Positions 29,128-40,833 of a DNA stretch of 64,000 nucleotides are shown here, piece by piece (within the stretch, counting starts at the first letter, position 1; each line of letters opens with the position of its first letter). The stretch lies in IMG/VR virus record IMGVR_UViG_3300029533_000034; one strand, written 5' to 3'. The notes under the pieces are model-generated. The model was not told where the DNA came from, did not search any database, and saw only the letters and a list, made by a program, of their open reading frames with translations. The stretch comes from a virus. Taxonomy: Duplodnaviria; Heunggongvirae; Uroviricota; Caudoviricetes. The position numbers were made by a program, and so were the translations under genes.

Positions 29128-31143
29128 ATGGGAAAGAAAAATGATGGTTCCTTTTTTCAACAGAATAAAAAACTGATGAGGGAAATCTTCGATGAATGGA
29201 ACTCAAAATACCGGCAGGAAATGCGGGATGATGTTTATGGAAAGATTTGTCATTTTGCAGAAACCGATATCCTGTATTACAAGAGAAAAGACGGGAAGGT
29301 TAAGCTGGATGGCAACATGATCGCAAAGATGGAGATGGAGAGCTCAACTCTGTATCTGTATGACAACGTTTACGTACAGCGTGAGGATGGGGAGTACATG
29401 GGTGTCATCCCGTATGCATTTGGACTTGCGTACCAGTTTTTTGCCCGAACGATACTGGAGTTCGTCCCGAGAAGCGACAAGGCGTTCGTCAATCCATGCT
29501 GGGCTATGGCGAAAAGTTTTCTCGGACAGGACCGTACCATCATCGTGCCGGATGCAAAAACACTGATCGACTGTCTCGGGAAAAACCCGAACTATAAACA
29601 GCTTAAATTTTTCAAGAGGAGACAGCAGGTGCTTGACCATATCCCGTCGGATATGACAGAGCTTTTTCCGGAAGCCAGAAGCATCGACCGACATTTTATC
29701 CTCCATGTGGGTGATACGAATACCGGAAAGACTTATGAGGCAATGCAGGCGCTTGCAGCTGCTCCATCCGGCGGGTACTTTGCCCCTCTGCGCCTGCTTG
29801 CGCTGGAAGGGCAGGAGAAACTTCTTGATGCGGGCGTAAGCTGTTCCATGCTGACCGGAGAAGAGGAGGATATCCGCAAAGGCTCCACACATATCAGCTG
29901 TACCATGGAAATGATGGATCCGGCTCATTACTACGATGTTGCTGTCATAGACGAAGCGCAGATGATTGCGGATGACGACCGTGGGTATGCGTGGACAAAA
30001 GGAATTCTTGGATGCTATTGTCCGCAGATCCATGTATGCATGTCCGAAAATGCCTTGAATCTTATCATCAAGATGATTGAATCCTGTGGGGATACCTATG
30101 AGGTAAAGCGTCATACAAGAAATACGGAACTTAAGTTTGAGGAAGGCTACTTTGTGTTCCCGAAGAGTGTCCGTAAAAACGATGCCCTTATCGTGTTCTC
30201 CCGGAAGGATGTCCTTGCTGCGGCAGCTGAACTTGAGAGTGCCGGATGGAAACCGTCTGTCATTTACGGTTCGCTTCCGTATAGTGCCCGCAAGGAAGAA
30301 ATGAGAAGATTTGCGGAACACGAGACGAATGTCGTTGTTGCAACGGACGCGATCGGTATGGGAATCAACATGCCGATCCACAGGGTTGTGTTCTTAAAGA
30401 CGGAAAAGTATGACGGTACGGGCGTGCGTGACCTTACTTCCCCGGAGATCAAACAGATTGCCGGGCGTGCCGGACGCCGTGGCATCTTTGACGAGGGATA
30501 CGTAAGCACAGCGTCCAAATCGAAGATGGTAAGAAAGCGTCTGGAAGAGCCTTATGAGGATCTTGAGTATGCCGGGGTGCAGATCCCGGATTCTCTGTTT
30601 GCGCTTCCGATGAAGCTTTCGGATATCCTGACAGAATGGATGAAGCTTAAGGACAGGGGAATTTACAGGAAGGCTTCCAATGAATACCGCTTGCAGATGT
30701 GCAAGTGGCTGGAGAAGAACTATCCGGATTTCTCCAAGGAAGCGATGTGGGGTTTTTTGTGTATTTCCTATGACGAGAAGAATATGTTTCTCCAGGAAGA
30801 ATGGAAGAATATCATCGGGAAGATCAGCCGGAAAGAACGTATTGACACCGGTTTTGCCCCGAAAAGTATATCAAATTCGGGACTGAATGAGTGCGAACAG
30901 TATTACAAATATCTGGATCTGTATTTTTCCTTTGCCCGCACGCTCGGGTACGTTCACGAGGGTTTCCGGCATCGTCTGATGAAGGAAAAAGAACTTACCG
31001 CGACAAGGATCATGGAAAAGTTAAAGGAGAGTAAGAGAATCAACCAGAAGACATGCCGGCGCTGTGGAAAACCACTGCCTTTTTTGTATCCTTACGGATA
31101 TTGCCAGCGGTGCCATGATGAGGAATATTACGAATGGTATTAA
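29128..31143 (+). CDS. SUV3-like SF2 helicase with C-terminal zinc ribbon
   Basis: GDTNTGKT, PLRLLA, DEAQM, ATDAIGMG, QIAGRAGR, CRRC..CQRC. Confidence 0.9.
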   Translation: MGKKNDGSFFQQNKKLMREIFDEWNSKYRQEMRDDVYGKICHFAETDILYYKRKDGKVKLDGNMIAKMEMESSTLYLYDNVYVQREDGEYMGVIPYAFGLAYQFFARTILEFVPRSDKAFVNPCWAMAKSFLGQDRTIIVPDAKTLIDCLGKNPNYKQLKFFKRRQQVLDHIPSDMTELFPEARSIDRHFILHVGDTNTGKTYEAMQALAAAPSGGYFAPLRLLALEGQEKLLDAGVSCSMLTGEEEDIRKGSTHISCTMEMMDPAHYYDVAVIDEAQMIADDDRGYAWTKGILGCYCPQIHVCMSENALNLIIKMIESCGDTYEVKRHTRNTELKFEEGYFVFPKSVRKNDALIVFSRKDVLAAAAELESAGWKPSVIYGSLPYSARKEEMRRFAEHETNVVVATDAIGMGINMPIHRVVFLKTEKYDGTGVRDLTSPEIKQIAGRAGRRGIFDEGYVSTASKSKMVRKRLEEPYEDLEYAGVQIPDSLFALPMKLSDILTEWMKLKDRGIYRKASNEYRLQMCKWLEKNYPDFSKEAMWGFLCISYDEKNMFLQEEWKNIIGKISRKERIDTGFAPKSISNSGLNECEQYYKYLDLYFSFARTLGYVHEGFRHRLMKEKELTATRIMEKLKESKRINQKTCRRCGKPLPFLYPYGYCQRCHDEEYYEWY

Positions 31144-31307
31144 CGCAATTTTAAAGACTAACAGGCTTGCAGGAATGTAGGCCTGCTTTTTTTGAAAATT
31201 GACAAAAATTAAAAGAATTTAAAAAAATTCCCCAAAATCTTTTGACGGATTTTCAAATGGCGCAATATGTGTATTGAAGGGCAAAGTGTAATCTTACGTT
31301 TTGCTCT

Positions 31308-31467
31308 TCCACGAGACACTTTTCTTGTGGACCTTCTTAAAGTATATTGTTTTCGCGCCCTTGTTTTTAAGACACGGCATTATGCAGGGCGCGGGAGAGG
31401 ATCTTGCAGATATGACATTTGTTTGGTGAAAATGGTCTGCCTCCCGGTTCGAGTCCGGGGAGATCCT
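31308..31467 (+). ncRNA. Modular ncRNA with tRNA-like module (31398-31467) in the recG leader
   Basis: Hairpin, pyrimidine-rich segment, hairpin, then AGGATCT/AGATCCT stem with T-arm CCGG-TTCGAGT-CCGG. Confidence 0.6.
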
Positions 31468-31544
31468 TTTGGCAGGATTACATTCTTATAGGAATTGTTT
31501 AATAGTTTGGCGGACAGGATGGCTAATTCATGTTCATATTTACA

Positions 31545-31577
31545 GCTGTATCCCACGAGTGGTGCATGGATTGAAAT
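31545..31577 (+). repeat. Solitary type I-C-like CRISPR repeat
   Basis: GCTGTATCCCACGAGTGGTGCATGGATTGAAAT, 31 nt upstream of the recG start. Confidence 0.65.
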
Positions 31578-31608
31578 CATGCATAAGTCAGGAAAGAAAG
31601 GAAAACAT

Positions 31609-34017
31609 ATGGAATTACAGGAATTAGGGCTTTCTGATATTCAGATGAGAGCTTTGGAAAAAAAGAAGGTTGTATCCGTGGAGGCGCTGCTCCGGCGTCC
31701 GCCTCTGCATTACTATGATTTTTCAAAAACCTATCCATTATCGCTAAAAAATCCAGAAACGGCAGAGATGCTTGAAAAGAATCGTCCATTTGCTGTAAGC
31801 GGAGAATGCATCCGGTTTGGGCTTGGAGAAGCCAACCATGCCAAATGCATTAAGCTGGTAATCGAAGATGAGAATACGAAAAGCGGATTTGCGGGCAGTA
31901 AGGGGCAGGTTCTATATGTCAATATCCTTGGATATGACCAGTTCCGGCAGACATTTTTAAATGACTGCAAGGACAGCCCGCACCGGATGGAAATCCATAT
32001 TCCGGATGGGGTGGATGCTTATTACCAGGGAGAAAAAAGACAGGTAAATGATTCCTGCAGGAAGCGTATTGAGTTTCTGAATTCTCTCGACGAGACTGCC
32101 GTCCGTGATTTTATTGCAGTGAAAACAAATGGTGTGGATGGATGGTCGAGAAGCAAAATTTCGGATATTGCGGATGAAGATACGGTTCGCTTTCTGGAAC
32201 AGTATTTTGACATGAGGGAAGATATCCTTCGTGTGTTGAAATGGTATGCAAGAGGAATGCGCCTTGACTTTGCCATCAAAAAGACGCTGATTGATGATAC
32301 CGATACACTCCGGAAACTGATTTTACATAAGCGTTTTCTTGTCGGTGGATTTATCCGGTATGACGAGCCGCGCAAGTTTTTCAGCGTATTAAACCCGGTT
32401 GCTTTTTCCTCCAATTTTGAGCGGTTCGAAAAGTATGATGTCCAGTACGGGCAGGTGAAAGGGGTCACACCGGACCGGTACGAGGAATTGATCAAGCGTG
32501 CTTCTGAGGGGATCAGTTCCATGGATTTCCTGCCGGCATCTGTCTGCAGGCAGTATAATGTCCCAGCATTTAAGGAATCCGTCATGATGATGCATTATCC
32601 GAACACCTACGGACAGGTGAAAAAGGCAAAGGAGCGTACGCTTGTCGAAGATTTGCTCTACTTTGCATTAAAGCTTGAGGTGTCTAATAAGAGAAACGAT
32701 GATATTGAAGGGGTCCGGATGGATGATTTCTTTCTTGTAGAGAAATACGTTTCCTCTCTTCCTTATGACCTTACCGGAGACCAGAAGAGGAGCGTGGAAA
32801 CCATCTGCAGGAAAATGGCTTCCGGCAGCCCGGTAAATGCTCTTGTACAGGGTGATGTCGGTACCGGTAAAACAGCGGTAGCCTTCTGCCTGCTCCTTGC
32901 TGCGGCAGGAAGCGGATACCAGGCTGCGCTTGCGGCACCATATACCACGCTTGCGTTTCAGCACTGTCGGGATATGGAAAAGATTGCAGAAATGGTCGGG
33001 GTGAAAGTCGCATTCCTTACCTCGGATATTAAAGGGAAAAAGAAGAAGGAAACACTGGAAATGATCCGGTCTGGGGAGGCGCAGGTCATCATCGGGACCC
33101 ACAGCATTTTCTCGTCAGATGTGGAATACAAAAACCTTGCCCTTATCATCACGGATGAGGAGCACAAGTTCGGTGTTGTGCACCGTGACAGCTTCCGTGA
33201 AAAAGCGCTGGAGGGCTTCCATCAGATCACCATGTCGGCGACACCTATTCCAAAGTCGATCGCGGCAACCCTGTATGACGATACGATGGACATTATTTCC
33301 ATAAAGGACAAGCCGGCAAACCGTATTCCGGTGCAGACCGCTGTCTGCCAGAAAGACATTACGGCTTTGAAGTTTATGGAACAGCAGATCGGTCAGGGAC
33401 GCCAGTGTTATGTTGTCTGCCCGGCTATTGAGAAGAATGACAAGGCTGAAAAGATGGCTTCCATTACAGAGAAGGAGGAAGTATACCGGAGATATCTGGA
33501 GAGCAAGGGAATGAGCCTTGCGGTAGTGACCGGTAAGTTAAAGACTGCGGAGAAACAGCAGATCATGGAAGATTTTACCTCTGGAAAAATTGATGTGCTT
33601 ATGGCAACCACGGTGATCGAGGTCGGCATTAATGTTCCGAACGCAACAGTAATGGTGATCACTGGCGCGGAGCGGTTTGGATTCTCCACCCTGCACCAGC
33701 TCCGTGGGCGTGTCGGGCGAGGGGAGTACAAGTCGTATTGTATTTTACAGACGATAGAACCGAATGAAAAGCTGCAGTTTATGTGCGATACCACGGACGG
33801 TTTTAAGATTGCGGAAAAGGATCTGGAACTCCGTGGACCGGGTTCCATGTTTGGTGAGCGGCAGAGTGGTGACAATTACTACGTATCCTTGATGCTCGCC
33901 AACCAGGAATTATTTAAGAAGTTAAAGGAAACTGCAAAGAAGCTTTGCAAGGATGCTACAGGCAGGGATATCATCCGCAGGTATGAGGAGATTTTCCGGG
34001 CAGAAGAGGAAAGATAG
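31609..34017 (+). CDS. recG: ATP-dependent DNA helicase RecG
   Basis: [50 protein letters not shown]. Confidence 0.95.
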   Translation: MELQELGLSDIQMRALEKKKVVSVEALLRRPPLHYYDFSKTYPLSLKNPETAEMLEKNRPFAVSGECIRFGLGEANHAKCIKLVIEDENTKSGFAGSKGQVLYVNILGYDQFRQTFLNDCKDSPHRMEIHIPDGVDAYYQGEKRQVNDSCRKRIEFLNSLDETAVRDFIAVKTNGVDGWSRSKISDIADEDTVRFLEQYFDMREDILRVLKWYARGMRLDFAIKKTLIDDTDTLRKLILHKRFLVGGFIRYDEPRKFFSVLNPVAFSSNFERFEKYDVQYGQVKGVTPDRYEELIKRASEGISSMDFLPASVCRQYNVPAFKESVMMMHYPNTYGQVKKAKERTLVEDLLYFALKLEVSNKRNDDIEGVRMDDFFLVEKYVSSLPYDLTGDQKRSVETICRKMASGSPVNALVQGDVGTGKTAVAFCLLLAAAGSGYQAALAAPYTTLAFQHCRDMEKIAEMVGVKVAFLTSDIKGKKKKETLEMIRSGEAQVIIGTHSIFSSDVEYKNLALIITDEEHKFGVVHRDSFREKALEGFHQITMSATPIPKSIAATLYDDTMDIISIKDKPANRIPVQTAVCQKDITALKFMEQQIGQGRQCYVVCPAIEKNDKAEKMASITEKEEVYRRYLESKGMSLAVVTGKLKTAEKQQIMEDFTSGKIDVLMATTVIEVGINVPNATVMVITGAERFGFSTLHQLRGRVGRGEYKSYCILQTIEPNEKLQFMCDTTDGFKIAEKDLELRGPGSMFGERQSGDNYYVSLMLANQELFKKLKETAKKLCKDATGRDIIRRYEEIFRAEEER

Positions 34018-34028
34018 GAGGATGTGGG

Positions 34029-34553
34029 ATGGAAGAGTTACAGGATGTTTTCGGAACGCGGTTAAAGCGGTTTATGCAGGAGAAGAACATGACGCAGCGG
34101 AAACTTGCGAAAGCGACAGGACTTACGGATGTCACCATTTCCAGATATACCAACGGAACCAGGCTTCCCGGGGCGGATGAACTGTTAAAACTTTCCAACG
34201 CGTTGTCCGTCAGTGCAGATGACTTAATCGGCATTGGAAAAGCGGGAGAGACAAGGGGTATCCACCCGGGTGACATCGTGCAGTATTTCAAGCGGCAGAG
34301 ACTCATCAATCCCGGGCAGATGTACCTGTACCGGATCATTGCATTCGGGGAACATACAGAAACGAAAGAAAAGGAAGTCATTTACCAGGCTTTGTATGAG
34401 GATACTGATCTTGGTGTACATTTCGGGATATATGTCCGGCCGTTTGACATGTTTTTCTCAGAGGTTGACCGCGTCAAGTATCCGGAAAATGAGTATCCGG
34501 AAATTACGCAGAAGTACCGGTTTGAGAAATACAACAGGCAAAGAGTTTGTTGA
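34029..34553 (+). CDS. XRE HTH fused to a DUF1653-like domain
   Basis: N-terminal HTH, then YFK...[15 protein letters not shown]...[15 protein letters not shown]...QKYRF. Confidence 0.85.
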   Translation: MEELQDVFGTRLKRFMQEKNMTQRKLAKATGLTDVTISRYTNGTRLPGADELLKLSNALSVSADDLIGIGKAGETRGIHPGDIVQYFKRQRLINPGQMYLYRIIAFGEHTETKEKEVIYQALYEDTDLGVHFGIYVRPFDMFFSEVDRVKYPENEYPEITQKYRFEKYNRQRVC

Positions 34554-34580
34554 TTTCTCTTTTATAAGAGAAACACAGTT

Positions 34581-34681
34581 GATACATCCAGTGATGGATG
34601 TATGGGTTGAAATATGGCAGGATGAGACGTCGATATAAAGTCTCTACAGTTACATCCCTTATGGGATGTATGGATTGAAAT
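34581..34681 (+). CRISPR. Orphan CRISPR mini-array (two 33-nt repeats, one 35-nt spacer), type I-C-like
   Basis: GATACATCCAGTGATGGATGTATGGGTTGAAAT (34581-34613) and GTTACATCCCTTATGGGATGTATGGATTGAAAT (34649-34681). Confidence 0.7.
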
Positions 34682-35046
34682 GCAGCGTATGCATCAGAGA
34701 GACTTCGATATTTGTTTGTGCTCCGGGGAAGTCCGGAAGAAATGTTGGATTATAAAAGGGCTCCTCTGGCAGAGCGGTGGTACTGGCCGGCGCGTCAACT
34801 GTTGTGACCTGCAGCCATACTTACTGAGGCATACCTATGCTGGTATACCAGGGTATTTTAAAAATAATATTGAAAGGATAATTTTGATATGGAAGAAAAA
34901 TATACTATTGAGCAGATAATTGATGCAATTGTGCAGTGCGACAGCGAGATTGTATATGCACTACAGCATAAAGATAGAAAAATTCTTACGGAAGTTCTCA
35001 CAGATACCCTCAAAGAATACCTTCCAGAGAAAGGAGGCATAAAAGA

Positions 35047-36828
35047 ATGAGAAATTCATTAAATAGGAAATTGACCTTTATTTTTTCAGGAATTGTACTT
35101 GTTGCATGTCTGCTTCTACTTGGTACATGTTCATGGATATTCAGGAGTGTCGAAAGTACAGTTAAGAATATTAGATATGATGATATTCTCAGTGGATATA
35201 AGACGGAAGTTAAAGCGGAAGTCGAGACGGCGTTAAGTATCGTCCAGCATTATTATGGTCTTTCGCAGTCTGGAAAAATTACGGAAGATCAGGCGAAAAG
35301 TGATGCTGAAGAAGCACTTCGTGATTTTAGATATGGTGATGATGGAAGCGGATACGTATGGATTGACGATACTGATTATACACTTGTTATGCATCCGATT
35401 CTGCCAGATCAGGAAGGAGCTAACCGTAAGGGTCTGGAAGACAAGAATGGAGTTATGATTATCCAGGAAATCATGAAAGTTGCCGATAAAGGCGGATATA
35501 ACGAGTTTATGTTTACAAAATCCGATGGAAAAACAGTAGCTCCAAAGATTGCGTATAGCAAGGCATTCCCACAATGGAACTGGGTAATTACAACTGGCTG
35601 TTATACAGATGATATCAAAGGAAATATTGCCGGAAGTCACAATAATATTCGAATTAACAAATTGTTTAAAGGCTCTACGATATTTATGATAGTTGAAAGC
35701 ATCGTGATCGTATTTGCTATGGTAATCATTTCAACTCTGGTAATTAAGAAAGTGACGAAAGAAATAAATCGTATTAAAGACCGGTTGGGTATGGTTGCAG
35801 ATGGAGATCTTTCCGTAAGTCTTGATCAGATAAAAAGAACAGATGAACTTGGACAGATGCTTAGCCATACAAATCTTGCAATTGGAAAATTCAAAGATGT
35901 AATCAAGAAAAGTCTTTCCACATCAAAGGATGTTGAAAAAACAGGGAAGGAAGTAAAAACAATCGCTTCTTCTGTTGCAGATGCATCAGATCAAATATCT
36001 ACTGCCATTGAGGGAATTGCTGGAGAAGCAACTAACCAGGCATCTGCAATTAATACAGTAACATCTGCAGTTAAAGAAATGCAAGAAAATACAGATAATA
36101 TTAGTTCATCTATTCAGCAGATCGGAAGATCATCAGATTCTTTACTGAAAAATTCTGGAGAAATGAAGAAGCATATCTCTGTTATGCAGTGTAGCAGCGG
36201 AGATATGACAGAGCAAATTAATGATATTGCAAAAAAGATTGTAGAAACGAGTGATACTGTTGAGCAGATGTCTGGAATTGTGAACAGCATTGAAAATATC
36301 GCAAACCAGACAAACCTTCTTGCGTTAAATGCATCCATTGAGGCTGCAAGAGCGGGAGAGGCCGGAAAAGGTTTTGCGGTAGTGGCTGATAGTATCAAAG
36401 GACTTTCAGAAGATACCTCGTCGGAATTGGCAAATATAAAAGCAATTATTAATGATCTGGTAGATAAATTTGGGCTGTGTACAGAAAATATCGGGTATGT
36501 GGTGGAAAGCAATGCTTCCAATATGGAAGATACTAAAGAAGTAATGGATGCGTTTGATGTACTGGATAAGGGGATCACCGAAACGTCAGATATTGTTCTT
36601 AGAATTAATTCTATCATAAAAAGATCTGTGGAACAAATCACATCTATTAGTAATCAGATTGTAGATATTCAGCGTGGAGCGGAAAGTTCTGCGGCAGCAA
36701 GCGAAGAAGTAACCGCTTCTGTAGAAGAGTTAACTGCTTTAATGAATACATTGGATTCAAATTCAGAGGAGCTTACGCAAAAAGCTGATAATCTTGTAAA
36801 TGAACTGGAATATTTCAAAGTTGATTAG
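35047..36828 (+). CDS. Methyl-accepting chemotaxis protein (Cache, HAMP, MCP signal)
   Basis: Two TM helices, Cache motif [43 protein letters not shown]. Confidence 0.95.
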   Translation: MRNSLNRKLTFIFSGIVLVACLLLLGTCSWIFRSVESTVKNIRYDDILSGYKTEVKAEVETALSIVQHYYGLSQSGKITEDQAKSDAEEALRDFRYGDDGSGYVWIDDTDYTLVMHPILPDQEGANRKGLEDKNGVMIIQEIMKVADKGGYNEFMFTKSDGKTVAPKIAYSKAFPQWNWVITTGCYTDDIKGNIAGSHNNIRINKLFKGSTIFMIVESIVIVFAMVIISTLVIKKVTKEINRIKDRLGMVADGDLSVSLDQIKRTDELGQMLSHTNLAIGKFKDVIKKSLSTSKDVEKTGKEVKTIASSVADASDQISTAIEGIAGEATNQASAINTVTSAVKEMQENTDNISSSIQQIGRSSDSLLKNSGEMKKHISVMQCSSGDMTEQINDIAKKIVETSDTVEQMSGIVNSIENIANQTNLLALNASIEAARAGEAGKGFAVVADSIKGLSEDTSSELANIKAIINDLVDKFGLCTENIGYVVESNASNMEDTKEVMDAFDVLDKGITETSDIVLRINSIIKRSVEQITSISNQIVDIQRGAESSAAASEEVTASVEELTALMNTLDSNSEELTQKADNLVNELEYFKVD

Positions 36829-36879
36829 AGAAGTATTTTATTGTATAGGATCAACCAAACTATTTTAAGGAGAGATTTT

Positions 36880-37677
36880 ATGTTAGTAAGATTTATGCCG
36901 GAATTGGGAAAATACGCTATGAATTCATTAACGGTAATGCTTTTATTTTTGCTTGTGTTTGTGTCGACGGTTACGAAAGATATTCTTGAGGCAAAGAAGT
37001 TGCTAAAAAGATATGAGGCATTTTGGATATACCCTTTCCTGAGTGTTGTATTATTAATTGGATTTGCATTAAATACGGATATAATACTTGATTTATTCAT
37101 TATGTTGGAGTTGGCAGCTTGTGTTAACTTATGGATATTGGAATACAGACGGTATAAAAAAGCAAGAAATGGTATGGAATCTTGTACTCTTTATATACCT
37201 ATATTGCCGGATAATACAGTTATCGTTGAAAATCCTATGATGGATGGTGAGATGAAGGTATTGGGATTCATGTTTTACAATACAAGAACCATGGAATACG
37301 AAACTTACGGGACTGTATCGGATGAGACACTTGCGAATGTCAGAGATAATGATCCAGAGTTATATAAAAAGATCATGGATAATGAACCAGTTAATGCACA
37401 AGATTGTCCATTGTCATGCGTATGGGAAAGTAATATTCCAAATGAACATGATGAGTTGCTGCAATACATAATTGTGGAATGTATTTCTTTGTATTCTCAA
37501 CAGCTTGTAGAGTTTTGCAAATACTTAAGTGAAGATTCAATAATTATTTTCCGGCTTTGTGGCAAGAGAAATGATGAAGTAAGTGTATCATGTGATAAGT
37601 ATTTTTCAGATGAGACAATGACAAAATTTATTGACAAAATTGATGAAGAATATAGGAAAATGAGGGAGAATTCGTGA
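36880..37677 (+). CDS. Hypothetical membrane protein
   Basis: AAGGAG RBS and three N-terminal hydrophobic segments. Confidence 0.65.
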   Translation: MLVRFMPELGKYAMNSLTVMLLFLLVFVSTVTKDILEAKKLLKRYEAFWIYPFLSVVLLIGFALNTDIILDLFIMLELAACVNLWILEYRRYKKARNGMESCTLYIPILPDNTVIVENPMMDGEMKVLGFMFYNTRTMEYETYGTVSDETLANVRDNDPELYKKIMDNEPVNAQDCPLSCVWESNIPNEHDELLQYIIVECISLYSQQLVEFCKYLSEDSIIIFRLCGKRNDEVSVSCDKYFSDETMTKFIDKIDEEYRKMRENS

Positions 37678-37682
37678 AAAAA

Positions 37683-38009
37683 ATTGTGCTGCTAAATTTA
37701 AAAAATGCTACAGCATGGAAAAGGATTTTATTGAATGGACAAAAGAAAATAAAATCAAAGTGTTAAACAGTGGGATTAAAACCGCATGACTATATATCAG
37801 GGAGACTGACTATGCTTCCTTGCCGCTAGACAGAAATTTACCGAAAAACAACTAGATTTCTTACATAATAATGTGGCCGTAGGCTGCTTGGTAATAAAGT
37901 CCTTGCTTAAAATAGACTATACCTGTATTCCAAAGCCTGCAAATGGTGTACGATTACAGGCCAAACTTGAATGCAAGAACCCCACAGGCTTGTCTGTGGG
38001 AGTAGTCAG
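37683..38009 (+). mobile_element. IS605 remnant: tnpB 3' tip, omegaRNA and right end
   Basis: Homologous to 52935-53278; ends CCCACAGGCTTGTCTGTGGGAGTAGTCAG. Confidence 0.85.
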
Positions 38010-38034
38010 TTATAAGAGAAAAGAGGGAACGAAA

Positions 38035-38199
38035 ATGGATTTATTATTGGTGTTGCTGTGTATAGCATTATTTTGCGTGCTTTGTGTTGTAGTATGGAAG
38101 TATAATCATATGAATTACACTGCAAAAGTAGTTCTTATTGTATGCAGCTTGATAGTATTTGTCAGTTTTCTGAAAAAATATGCATTTATGCGTTTGTGA
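38035..38199 (+). CDS. Small membrane protein
   Basis: GAGGG RBS; 54 aa with two hydrophobic segments. Confidence 0.5.
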   Translation: MDLLLVLLCIALFCVLCVVVWKYNHMNYTAKVVLIVCSLIVFVSFLKKYAFMRL

Positions 38200-38377
38200 A
38201 GGAGCTGAGTTGACCTCTGGATTATGGATATGCCAAACTGTGACAAAGATCCTGTTAGACATGGGAGGACGATAAACGAAATTTTGCAAGTTTATCGCAA
38301 AGAAAGGAAGATAAGAGAAATATACATACTTACTGTATCCTACAGAGTGTAGGGATTGAAATAAATGGAGGAACCAT

Positions 38378-38767
38378 ATGAGAAAGAAATTACTGCTTGC
38401 AGGTCTCTGCACCGCAGCTGTGCTGTTATTTACGGCATGTGCGGGTGCAGAGCTGGACGGGGAAGAAGTGGATACACAAAATACACAAAAATTCGAGGAC
38501 GTTGTGAGGTTGATGGAGGAGACAGCTGCTCAGGAAGCGGAGACAGAAGATGAAATCCATTACACGGTGTACGTATATAACGAGGATGGGACGATCAAGA
38601 AATCGTACAATGACGTGTTTGATGTTGCGGTTCTGCACAACGGGGCTGTTCAGATCAGCATGGATAAGGAAGGAAAGGAAACCCGTCTGCTGGTAAATGA
38701 GCAGGTGGAGATTGTTCAAAAGAGGGTTACAAACATTGGCCAAAAAACAAAGAAAACAGAAGAATAG
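38378..38767 (+). CDS. Putative lipoprotein
   Basis: MRKKLLLAGLCTAAVLLFTAC signal peptide with lipobox; GGAGG RBS. Confidence 0.7.
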   Translation: MRKKLLLAGLCTAAVLLFTACAGAELDGEEVDTQNTQKFEDVVRLMEETAAQEAETEDEIHYTVYVYNEDGTIKKSYNDVFDVAVLHNGAVQISMDKEGKETRLLVNEQVEIVQKRVTNIGQKTKKTEE

Positions 38768-38787
38768 GGAAGAGGTGAAGGAAGATC

Positions 38788-39183
38788 ATGGATATGTATT
38801 CGCGGGTATGCGTTGTATGCAAACAGAAAAATTCATCGCGGAACTTAAATCAGCTGCGTGTGATTGAGCAGTTTGTTAAGCAGAAGATAAGTGCAAAAGG
38901 GAAGAAGTCAAAAGACAGCGATCTTACAGAAAGAATACAGTTCATCCAGGCGATGACGATGTATTCGCATGAAAATTGCCAATATGGTTTGTACTGTTCA
39001 ATTTTAAGCGATCGGAGGGTCAAGTTCAATCAAATGGCAGAGGATATTGCGGAGGATATTCTTTGGTATATTCAGTCTGCTGATAAAGCGGAGATACAGG
39101 AACTTCTTCGGTATTTTCAGGGGTACTTTCCTGCTGGGTATAAGTGGATCGAGCGGTACTGGCATTCCATAGAAAAGAAGTAA
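38788..39183 (+). CDS. Hypothetical protein
   Basis: 131-aa co-oriented ORF with RBS. Confidence 0.6.
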   Translation: MDMYSRVCVVCKQKNSSRNLNQLRVIEQFVKQKISAKGKKSKDSDLTERIQFIQAMTMYSHENCQYGLYCSILSDRRVKFNQMAEDIAEDILWYIQSADKAEIQELLRYFQGYFPAGYKWIERYWHSIEKK

Positions 39184-39356
39184 TAAGAGGTAGCAAGCAT
39201 GAAAAGATATATCATTGCATTTGGAGTTTCATTTTTATTATTGGTTGTATGTGGCGTATTTCTGTTTGGATCTCGATATGGTCTATATGCATCGTTTTTC
39301 CCGTATTTTGTGTGTTTGGTATAGCGTTTATGCTCAAAAGAAGAAAGGATTTGCTT

Positions 39357-39806
39357 ATGACGGAACATCAAAAAGAGATTTTGTATAAAAAACTATATGG
39401 CGAAAAAATCAAAGAATGGAAACGGGATACTGTATTTGTAGTGATGTGTTCTGTATGTTCATTAATTTTGTTTACATATCTTTTAGTTTTTATTGCAAAA
39501 GTGCTAGGAAAATATAAATTATTTCAATTAATGGTAATTATTATACTTATTTTGGGTATATTTGGTCTTGTAATGGATGCATTGTGCTTTGTTCTTTGTA
39601 TTTCTACAATCATGTATTATCAAAAATTGTCAAAAGATTTTACAGAATATATTAATGCAGGGCTTTGCAGTGTTAACGAAAAACAGGATTGTAACGGACA
39701 ACAGATTTTTTGTGTAGATATGGGGAAATATTTGCAAAAGGAGATTTCGGTGAAAAATATGGAAGAGTATATCGGAAACTTTAAAATGGAAAAGATGGGA
39801 AAATAG
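39357..39806 (+). CDS. Hypothetical membrane protein
   Basis: AAAGGA before the ATG at 39357; two TM segments. Confidence 0.55.
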   Translation: MTEHQKEILYKKLYGEKIKEWKRDTVFVVMCSVCSLILFTYLLVFIAKVLGKYKLFQLMVIIILILGIFGLVMDALCFVLCISTIMYYQKLSKDFTEYINAGLCSVNEKQDCNGQQIFCVDMGKYLQKEISVKNMEEYIGNFKMEKMGK

Positions 39807-40051
39807 CAATGTCAGAATTAACGTCGGAAGAACGGCATAAAAAACAGCTGGCAAAGATTCAAAGTCAATCCTACTGTTGAAAAACTTGGAAAACAAAAAG
39901 AGCTGCCGTCGCAGCTCTTTTTTGCATTGGATAAATACCTTTAATTACATACAGTCACGTTTTGCAATTTGTTTAGGTACTAAAATTAATCTTCCACAAC
40001 TTTTCATTTCGAAAGATTATACACAAAGTATATCATTTACCATGGATTCTG

Positions 40052-40342
40052 TCAAGAGTTAAGAAGATAGTCGTATTCTTCTTTTGTATCCCTTACCTGT
40101 ATTGTCCAGACATGGCGGGAGTAGTTGTAGCCGAGGTAGAACTTAATTTCCCGGTTGTACTGCCTGACTGAGCACAGAAAATTAACATCCATCTGTTTAT
40201 CACTTCTTTTGATCACATTAACTTCCGAATATGTCTGAATTTCTCCGGATGCCGGATCTTTGAATCGGACGCGCAGCGGAGTCACGCTTCCGTCTGTATC
40301 CGTGATTGAGATTACCTGTGCGGGGATGTTAATTACTGGCAT
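40052..40342 (-). CDS. Hypothetical protein
   Basis: AGGAGG RBS; 96 aa, beta-rich. Confidence 0.65.
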   Translation of the reverse strand: MPVINIPAQVISITDTDGSVTPLRVRFKDPASGEIQTYSEVNVIKRSDKQMDVNFLCSVRQYNREIKFYLGYNYSRHVWTIQVRDTKEEYDYLLNS

Positions 40343-40446
40343 ACATACGTACCTCCTGTTTGGTGTATTACAGAAAGCATAGCAGATTCCGGAGAAAAAT
40401 GCAAAAAGAAAACGCCCCGGTGAGGGGCGTTTGCTGCTTGCCGATC

Positions 40447-40833
40447 TTACAGGCTTGCAATAATTTTCTCAAGTTCTTTCTTTACTGCAGCATTCTGTTC
40501 TGTCTTATCTGCATCTTTCAGACCTTTTTTCTGGATGATGATTTCCGGAATGATGTCTGGAGTATTGCAGACGATGGAAGCATAATACTGTGCTTTTGTC
40601 ATGGTAGGAGCAAGTTTTCTTGCATATGTCTTTACGGTTTTCTCCAGTCCGGCAACTTCCAGGAATCCGTCTGTGGAAAGAGCCTGTACGGTCTTAAACA
40701 GTGTTACATTGTTCCATCCGGCGGGCGCCAGTTTCTCTGCCATTTTATTGGCAGTCATTGGTTCGTTTGCTTCCCAAAGAAATTCCATAAGTTCTGTCTG
40801 TCTTGGGGTTAATGTTCCTTCTTTTACTCTCAT
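40447..40833 (-). CDS. BlaI/MecI/CopY-family wHTH repressor
   Basis: LTPRQTELMEFLWEANEPMT...TLFKTVQALSTDGFL. Confidence 0.8.
   Translation of the reverse strand: MRVKEGTLTPRQTELMEFLWEANEPMTANKMAEKLAPAGWNNVTLFKTVQALSTDGFLEVAGLEKTVKTYARKLAPTMTKAQYYASIVCNTPDIIPEIIIQKKGLKDADKTEQNAAVKKELEKIIASL

Noticed and set aside
29344..30381. Long antisense and overlapping ORFs in the track (for example 29344-30381, 51386-52213, 277-714)
   Set aside because: They shadow well-supported genes on the other strand and lack RBSs or motifs.
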